DNA of 63,545 nt, counting the filler, from Nitrospinae bacterium RIFCSPLOWO2_12_FULL_45_22 (GTDB lineage: Bacteria; 2-12-FULL-45-22), in the NCBI GenBank assembly GCA_001803565.1. It is 8 parts of 8 records of this genome, joined end to end, with 100 filler letters (N's around TTAATTAATTAA, not from the genome) between each part and the next. Parts side by side here need not be neighbours in the genome. Positions count along the whole stretch, not along the records: positions 51,464 to 63,545 come from MHDQ01000146.1; 7 more parts are not named here. The stretch is one strand, 5' to 3'. Below, piece by piece: positions 57,365-63,545 of this stretch. Under the pieces are notes generated by a model. That model had not been told where the DNA came from and did not search any database. It saw only the letters and a program-made list of their open reading frames with translations. The first letter of the stretch is position 1, and every line of letters starts with the position of its first letter. The position numbers and the translations under genes were made by a program.

Positions 57365-59962
57365 ATGCGTTTTGATAAACTTACCATAAAGGCCCAGGAG
57401 GCTTTACAAGATGCCCAATCGTTAGCAGAAAAGCAAGAACATCAAGCCTTAGAGGTCGAACACCTGCTATTAGCCCTCATACAGCAAAAAGATGGGATTA
57501 CCCAATCTCTCCTGGAGAGAGTAGGGGCGGATCCCTTGATCATCAAAAATCAACTGGAAGAAGCACTCCTTAAGCTGCCAAAAATTTATGGCAGTATAGG
57601 CCAGATTTACATCTCACCCAGGCTAAAAAATGTCCTGGATGCCGCCTTTTTGGAAGCCGAGAGGCTCAAGGACGATTTTGTCAGTACAGAACATATACTC
57701 TTAGCTATTGCGGAGGAGAAGGGAGAGGCAGTGGCCCGCATTTTGGCCGGTGCTGGAGTGGGCCGGGACAGTATCCTGAAGGCATTGCTCAGCCTCCGTG
57801 GGAGCCAGCGGGTAACGGATCCTAACCCAGAAGATAAGTATCAGACCTTAACCCGCTATTGTCGCGACTTGACTGACCTGGCCCAGAAGGGGAAATTAGA
57901 CCCGGTCATAGGACGGGATGACGAGATCCGCCGGGTTATCCAGGTCCTTTCTCGCCGTACCAAGAACAACCCGGTACTTATCGGTGAGCCGGGAGTTGGT
58001 AAGACCGCTATTGCAGAAGGCTTAGCCCAGCGAATCGTTAATAAAGACGTACCCGAAGGGCTCAAGGATAAAAAGTTAGTCGCCCTTGACCTGGGGGCTT
58101 TAGTAGCAGGCACCAAGTATAGGGGAGAGTTTGAAGACCGCCTCAAGGCCCTCCTTAAGGAGATACAAGAGGCCGAAGGTTCTATCATCCTATTCATAGA
58201 TGAGTTGCATACCTTAGTAGGCGCTGGTGCAGCCGAGGGGGCGATAGATGCCTCCAATATGCTAAAGCCGGCCTTAGCCCGAGGAGAACTGCGCTGCATA
58301 GGGGCTACTACGCTAGATGAGTACCGAAAGCGCGTAGAGAAAGATGCCGCCTTAGAACGCCGCTTCCAGCCAGTATATATAGATGAACCTTCAGTAGAAG
58401 ATACTATCTCTATCTTGAGGGGCCTAAAAGAGCGATACGAGGTGCATCATGGTGTACGGATTAAGGATTCTGCTATCGTGGCTGCTGCTACCCTATCGCA
58501 TCGCTATATCACCGACCGCTTCTTACCGGATAAGGCCATAGATCTTATAGATGAGGCCGCTTCTCGCCTACGGATTGAGATTGATAGCCTCCCCACGGAG
58601 ATTGATGAAGTAGAGCGCAGGATAATTCAATTAGAGATCGAACGGCAGGCCTTAAAAAAGGAGCATGACCCAGTCTCCCAGGAGAAATTGGCTAAGCTGG
58701 AACAAGAGCTAGTCCAGTTCAAAGAGGATATGACCCAGCTTAAGGCTCATTGGGAGCAAGAGAAAGAAGGCATCAAGAAGATTCGGGAGATCAAAGAAAG
58801 GATTGAACAAGCCAAGCTAGAGGCGGAAAAGGCGGAGCGGGCGGGCGATTTAGGTCGAGCAGCGGAACTGCGCTATGGGACCCTTATCGGCTTAGAGAAA
58901 GAGTTGAGCCGGGAGAATGACCAGTTGGCTCAGTTACAAAAAGATACCCGGATGCTGAAAGAAGAGGTAGATGAAGAAGATGTGGCTGAGGTAGTGGCAA
59001 AATGGACCGGCATACCGCTAGCCAAGATGATGGAAGGCGAGATAGAGAAGTTGATTAAGATGGAGGAGAGGATTAAGGCCCGGGTAGTAGGCCAGAATGA
59101 GGCCATTAACCTGGTAGCGAATGCAGTACGGCGAGCCCGGGCAGGACTGCAAGACCCTAACCGCCCTATCGGTTCTTTTATCTTCCTGGGCCCAACTGGT
59201 GTAGGCAAGACAGAGCTAGCCCGGGCCCTGGCAGAATTCCTGTTTGATGATGAGCAGGCTATGGTGCGTTTAGATATGTCCGAGTTTATGGAAAAGCATA
59301 CCGTCTCTCGCCTGATAGGGGCACCACCGGGGTATGTAGGTTATGAAGAGGGTGGTTATCTAACCGAAGCTATTCGTAGAAGGCCCTATTCGGTTATCCT
59401 GTTTGATGAGATAGAAAAGGCCCATACTGAGGTATTCAATGTCCTTCTCCAGATATTGGATGATGGCCGTCTTACTGATGGTCATGGCCGGACAGTAGAT
59501 TTTAAAAATACCGTGATCATTATGACCTCTAATATCGGCAGCTCCTGGATCCATGATTTAGGAGAGAAAGATTATCCAGAAATGAAGCGCCGGGTTCTTG
59601 AGGCCCTAAAGGCTAATTTTAAGCCCGAGTTCCTTAATCGGATTGATGAGGTTATTATCTTCCACAGCTTACACAAGGAACACATAGAAGCTATCATCGA
59701 GATCCAATTAAGATATTTGAGGAAGCGACTGGCAGATAAAAAATTTGATATTATATTAAAGGACGGGGCAAAGGAGTTCCTGGCCCGGCAGGGGTATGAC
59801 CCTACCTATGGTGCCAGGCCGCTGAAGAGAGCCATTGCCCGCTATATCCAGGACCCTCTGGCCTTAAAACTGTTAGAAGGAAAATTTGCACCGGGTGATG
59901 TCATAGAAGTAGGGGTTAATGGTGCGGGTGACCAGCTTGAATTTTACAAAACCCAAAATTAG
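57365..59962 (+). CDS. clpB: ATP-dependent disaggregase ClpB
   Basis: Two AAA+ domains ([16 protein letters not shown]) with a long middle coiled coil. Confidence 0.97.
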   Translation: MRFDKLTIKAQEALQDAQSLAEKQEHQALEVEHLLLALIQQKDGITQSLLERVGADPLIIKNQLEEALLKLPKIYGSIGQIYISPRLKNVLDAAFLEAERLKDDFVSTEHILLAIAEEKGEAVARILAGAGVGRDSILKALLSLRGSQRVTDPNPEDKYQTLTRYCRDLTDLAQKGKLDPVIGRDDEIRRVIQVLSRRTKNNPVLIGEPGVGKTAIAEGLAQRIVNKDVPEGLKDKKLVALDLGALVAGTKYRGEFEDRLKALLKEIQEAEGSIILFIDELHTLVGAGAAEGAIDASNMLKPALARGELRCIGATTLDEYRKRVEKDAALERRFQPVYIDEPSVEDTISILRGLKERYEVHHGVRIKDSAIVAAATLSHRYITDRFLPDKAIDLIDEAASRLRIEIDSLPTEIDEVERRIIQLEIERQALKKEHDPVSQEKLAKLEQELVQFKEDMTQLKAHWEQEKEGIKKIREIKERIEQAKLEAEKAERAGDLGRAAELRYGTLIGLEKELSRENDQLAQLQKDTRMLKEEVDEEDVAEVVAKWTGIPLAKMMEGEIEKLIKMEERIKARVVGQNEAINLVANAVRRARAGLQDPNRPIGSFIFLGPTGVGKTELARALAEFLFDDEQAMVRLDMSEFMEKHTVSRLIGAPPGYVGYEEGGYLTEAIRRRPYSVILFDEIEKAHTEVFNVLLQILDDGRLTDGHGRTVDFKNTVIIMTSNIGSSWIHDLGEKDYPEMKRRVLEALKANFKPEFLNRIDEVIIFHSLHKEHIEAIIEIQLRYLRKRLADKKFDIILKDGAKEFLARQGYDPTYGARPLKRAIARYIQDPLALKLLEGKFAPGDVIEVGVNGAGDQLEFYKTQN

Positions 59963-60037
59963 TAATTTGTGAATTGGTGAAGGGTGAATAGTACTAATTA
60001 ACCAATCACCCAGGCCGGGACAGAAAGGGATAGAACA

Positions 60038-62392
60038 ATGGAGACTACACTACTGGAATTACCGGAGGAACAGGAGTTAGAGCAGGAAGAATGCTTGCCT
60101 ATCCTGCCAGTGCGGGGTACCGTTATATTTCCCGGGCTCACCATTACTCTATTGGTAGGCCGGCCTGGCTCCTTAAAGCTGGTAGATGATGCCTTAATAG
60201 GGAATAAGATCGTTGGGATAGTAGCCCTGAGAGATCAGGAGGTTAAGGAGCCTGGCCAGGACGATGTCTACTCCGTGGGGACCATGGTAGAGATAGCCAA
60301 GAGGCAGAAGCTCCGCAACGGTAATATTAATGTGGTAGTCCGGGGTATTGCCCGTATTAGAATAGGGGAATATATTCAGGCTGAACCATATCTAAAGGCC
60401 CAGGTAGAGGTTATTGAGGAAGAGGAGAAGGCCAATGAGCAAATAAAGGCCAAGATGCTCGGGATCAAGGAGCTCTTCTTACAGACGGTGGAGTTAGCCC
60501 CTTATCTGAGCCGTGAATTAGGTATTGCTTTGCTTAATATTGAAGACCCAGGAAAACTGGCTGACCTGGTGGCCTCTAATTTGGAGATCTCCTTAGAAGA
60601 AAAGCAGTTGATCCTGGAGACTATCACCGTAGAAGAGCGGCTTGATAAAGTAGCTAATATCCTGCACCGCGAGAAAGATACCTTACAGTTGAGCCAGAAG
60701 ATCCAGTCTGAAATCAAAGAGGGTATGGGCCAGACCTCGCGAGAAGACTACCTGCGGGAGAGGATAAAGGCTATTAGAAGGGAGTTAGGCGAAGGTGAAG
60801 AACAGGGGCTAGAGATAGAGGAATTACGGGAGAAGTTAGCCCAGGCCGGGATGCCTGAGGAAGCCCGTACTGCTACCGAGAAAGAATTGGGGCGCCTTGC
60901 CCGGATGCATCCTTCGGCTGCAGAATATACTGTCTCCCGGACTTATCTAGACTGGCTAATAGAGCTCCCCTGGTCTAACCGTACTGAGGATAATCTGGAT
61001 ATTGACCGGGCACAACAGATTTTGGATGAAGATCACTATGACTTGGATAAGGTTAAGAAGAGGATACTGGAGTATCTAGCCGTACGGAAGCTCAAATCGG
61101 ATATGAAAGGCCCCATCTTATGCCTTGTTGGGCCTCCAGGCGTAGGTAAGACCTCATTAGGGCGTTCTATAGCCCGGGCCTTAGGCCGAAAATTTATCCG
61201 GATGTCTCTGGGGGGGGTAAGGGATGAGGCCGAAATCCGGGGACACCGCCGCACTTATGTGGGTGCCCTGCCTGGGAGGATCATTCAAGGACTGAGGAAA
61301 GTAGAATCCAACAACCCGGTCTTTATGCTGGATGAAGTAGACAAGATCGGGATAGATTTTCGGGGCGACCCTTCTTCTGCCCTGCTGGAGGTCTTAGACC
61401 CCGAGCAGAACAACTCTTTTTCTGATCATTATCTGGAAGTCTCCTTCGATCTCTCCCGGGTGATGTTTATTACTACTGCTAATGTCCTTGATACCATCAT
61501 CCCGGCCCTGCGGGACCGGATGGAGGTGTTAGAGCTCCCGGGATATACCGATGAGGAAAAAGTGTTAATTGCTAAGAAACACCTGATACCCAAACAACTT
61601 CACGAGAACGGTATTACAGAAGAGTATCTCCAATTTGAAGATGATGCCTTAAGGCTGATCATCAGCTTTTATACCAAAGAGGCGGGGTTAAGAAATCTAG
61701 AACGAGAGATCGCTACCGTATGTCGGGGAGTAGCAAAAGAAGTAGCCGAGGGGAAGACCGACCCGGTGACCTTGACGGCTGATATGGTTCCCAGGTTTCT
61801 GGGCCCGGCTAAGTTCTTCCCGGAAATAGCAGAACGAACCTCTGAACCAGGTGTAGCTATTGGCCTGGCCTGGACAGCTACTGGTGGTGAGATAATATTT
61901 ATCGAAGCCGGCAAGATGAAAGGTAGTGGTAATCAACTGCTCACTGGTTCTCTGGGTGAGGTGATGAAAGAATCTGCTAAAGCAGCCCTCAGTTATATCC
62001 GGGCTAAAGCCAATGAGTTAGGTATTCCTGAAGGCTTTTATCAAGAGAGCGACATCCATATCCATGTGCCAGCCGGAGCTATTCCCAAGGATGGGCCTTC
62101 TGCCGGCATAACTATTTTTACTGCCCTTGCTTCTCTACTCACTAGCAGACCGGTAAAAAACGATATTGCGATGACCGGGGAAATAACCCTGCGGGGGGCA
62201 GTTCTACCAGTAGGTGGTATCAAGGAGAAGGTTTTGGCAGCTAAACGGGCTGGGATCAAGAAGATCATATTGCCTATTCAAAACCAGAAAGACATTGAGG
62301 ATATACCTACCCATTTAAAAGAAGGGCTGGACTTTAATTTTGTAGAAGTAATGGAAGAAGTTATTGATCTTGCCTTAACCAATTCTCAGTAG
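60038..62392 (+). CDS. lon: Lon protease
   Basis: [31 protein letters not shown]. Confidence 0.97.
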   Translation: METTLLELPEEQELEQEECLPILPVRGTVIFPGLTITLLVGRPGSLKLVDDALIGNKIVGIVALRDQEVKEPGQDDVYSVGTMVEIAKRQKLRNGNINVVVRGIARIRIGEYIQAEPYLKAQVEVIEEEEKANEQIKAKMLGIKELFLQTVELAPYLSRELGIALLNIEDPGKLADLVASNLEISLEEKQLILETITVEERLDKVANILHREKDTLQLSQKIQSEIKEGMGQTSREDYLRERIKAIRRELGEGEEQGLEIEELREKLAQAGMPEEARTATEKELGRLARMHPSAAEYTVSRTYLDWLIELPWSNRTEDNLDIDRAQQILDEDHYDLDKVKKRILEYLAVRKLKSDMKGPILCLVGPPGVGKTSLGRSIARALGRKFIRMSLGGVRDEAEIRGHRRTYVGALPGRIIQGLRKVESNNPVFMLDEVDKIGIDFRGDPSSALLEVLDPEQNNSFSDHYLEVSFDLSRVMFITTANVLDTIIPALRDRMEVLELPGYTDEEKVLIAKKHLIPKQLHENGITEEYLQFEDDALRLIISFYTKEAGLRNLEREIATVCRGVAKEVAEGKTDPVTLTADMVPRFLGPAKFFPEIAERTSEPGVAIGLAWTATGGEIIFIEAGKMKGSGNQLLTGSLGEVMKESAKAALSYIRAKANELGIPEGFYQESDIHIHVPAGAIPKDGPSAGITIFTALASLLTSRPVKNDIAMTGEITLRGAVLPVGGIKEKVLAAKRAGIKKIILPIQNQKDIEDIPTHLKEGLDFNFVEVMEEVIDLALTNSQ

Positions 62393-62508
62393 TTTTCAAG
62401 AGACTTGGAGATAGAGAGAAGGCTATACCTGCGTGATTCGTGCCCGTTCCTCATTTCTTACCCAGGGAAACCGTTAACTCCTTTTGCTCGGATATAAAGG
62501 ACTCCAAA

Positions 62509-63039
62509 ATGAAATACGATTTGCGTAGCAGAGCCCGGAAGATCCGGATGCTCCTTTTCGATGTAGATGGGGTAATGACGGATGGGGGCATAATATTGGG
62601 CGGTAATGGCCTGGAATTGAAGAAGTTCTCTGCCCAGGATGGTATGGGCATAACCCTGGCTAAGCAGGCTGGTATGCTGGTGGGGATCATTACGGGCCGC
62701 CAATCTCTTGCAGTCACCCAGCGGGCTCAGGAATTAGCTATAGATGAGGTGTTTCAAGGAAGCAATAACAAAATTGAGGCCCTTACCCAGAGCCGGCAAA
62801 AATATAATGTTGCGGCTGAAGAAGTGGCCTATATAGGCGATGACCTGGGGGACTTGGCGGTTATGAGCCGGGTAGGGCTGGCTATTGCAGTAGCTAATGC
62901 TGTAGCGGAAGTGAAGGAACGGGCGCATTATGTTACTGAGAGACATGGTGGTGACGGCGCTATCCGGGAAGTGGTGGATATGATATTGGAGTTGAAGGGG
63001 ATAAAAGAGGAGATTATTGCTAGCTTCCTTGAAGGTTAA
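62509..63039 (+). CDS. kdsC: KDO-8-phosphate phosphatase (HAD)
   Basis: DVDGVMTDG, DGMG, ITGR, GDDLGD, GGDGAIRE. Confidence 0.9.
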   Translation: MKYDLRSRARKIRMLLFDVDGVMTDGGIILGGNGLELKKFSAQDGMGITLAKQAGMLVGIITGRQSLAVTQRAQELAIDEVFQGSNNKIEALTQSRQKYNVAAEEVAYIGDDLGDLAVMSRVGLAIAVANAVAEVKERAHYVTERHGGDGAIREVVDMILELKGIKEEIIASFLEG

Positions 63040-63178
63040 AAAAGGGGTAAAAAAAAGGGAAGAAAGGGGGACAGATTTATTTTAAGAAAGCAATATAGAC
63101 TAAGTATGCCCGCAAGGTGGCTAACATTGATAATATCCCGAGAAGTGAGATTGAGAAGGCAAAATCTATCAGAAAAGT

Positions 63179-63388
63179 ATGGAGAGGCGGAAAATGAACA
63201 TTGCAGAGAAATACTTTAAAAAACAGCTTTCTTCTGAGGAATTCAGGTGCTCATTTTTAGAGGAGAAAGTGAAGCTGGATATCGAATATAAATTAGAAGA
63301 ACTCAAAAGAGATATCCAGACCCACAAGATCCCTGAAGAGCTTATCAAGAAGGTTGACTCAATAGAACAATATATTATGTCTGTGTAA
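63179..63388 (+). CDS. Small hypothetical protein, possibly the antitoxin of a decayed TA pair
   Basis: 69 aa; preceded by a short relic IPRSEIEKAK resembling a toxin C-terminus. Confidence 0.45.
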   Translation: MERRKMNIAEKYFKKQLSSEEFRCSFLEEKVKLDIEYKLEELKRDIQTHKIPEELIKKVDSIEQYIMSV

Positions 63389-63545
63389 ATGCAAATTACT
63401 GCCCCCAACAGCAGATAACAGAGGGCTTAAGATTAATATCCAAAAGGGTAAAAGGGGGGACGTCCATTGCAAAGTGCACCATATCAGCGCAAAAGAACTG
63501 AGGCGATACCATGTCAAATGGATACAAGGCGGCAAGAAGGTTGAA

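Noticed and set aside
57856-62946. Many antisense ORFs within clpB, lon and kdsC (and likewise in por, rpsA, nxrA)
   Set aside because: Shadow ORFs opposite well-supported conserved genes
63116-63420. GCTAAC/CCCAAC words as a possible third attC array
   Set aside because: No paired L and R boxes could be formed

Overview
This window is not one locus. It is 8 contigs of a draft or metagenome-assembled bacterial genome joined by 100-nt N linkers containing TTAATTAATTAA (8816-8915, 18328-18427, 24504-24603, 30682-30781, 36836-36935, 44086-44185, 51364-51463), so adjacency across linkers means nothing. (1) A tyrosine-integrase island next to tRNA-Asn carries an XRE regulator, a RelE-type TA pair, a secreted S8 subtilase and a free-standing copy of that subtilase's propeptide; a 4-subunit pyruvate/2-oxoacid:ferredoxin oxidoreductase operon follows. 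(2) A MoaD-like gene and a PadBCD-like molybdoenzyme operon sit next to a decayed integron with two near-identical attI regions, a truncated IntI, five attC sites, TA cassettes, a Cap15-like pseudogene cassette, group IIC intron relics, an IS21-type end and a MITE. (3) HsdM, an ABC permease, a RAYT transposase with REPs inside its own ORF, an FG-GAP protein and gpsA. (4) tyrA::cmk fusion-ispH-rpsA-sppA-ihfB-miaA. (5) An OYE, tandem class III CoA-transferases and a 2-hydroxyacyl-CoA dehydratase subunit. (6) An anammox/Nitrospira-type Tat-exported NxrA behind a sigma-54 promoter with tandem palindromes, a pseudo-receiver and an unknown HExxH/Cys4 protein, abutting a second attC cassette array and an ORF-less group IIC intron. 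(7) pdxA-rsmA, a ferredoxin, an NtrC-type activator, a TonB receptor and a BadH-like SDR. (8) hbd, a dehydratase/benzoyl-CoA-reductase-family pair, an isochorismatase, a rhomboid, clpB, lon and kdsC. The most notable items are the nxrA operon with its regulatory and accessory module in an apparently anaerobic acyl/aryl-CoA-degrading genome, and group IIC introns that at three independent sites sit at GT|T of the attC R' box in the same orientation as the cassettes. Family calls come from motif recognition and recall; no searches were run.
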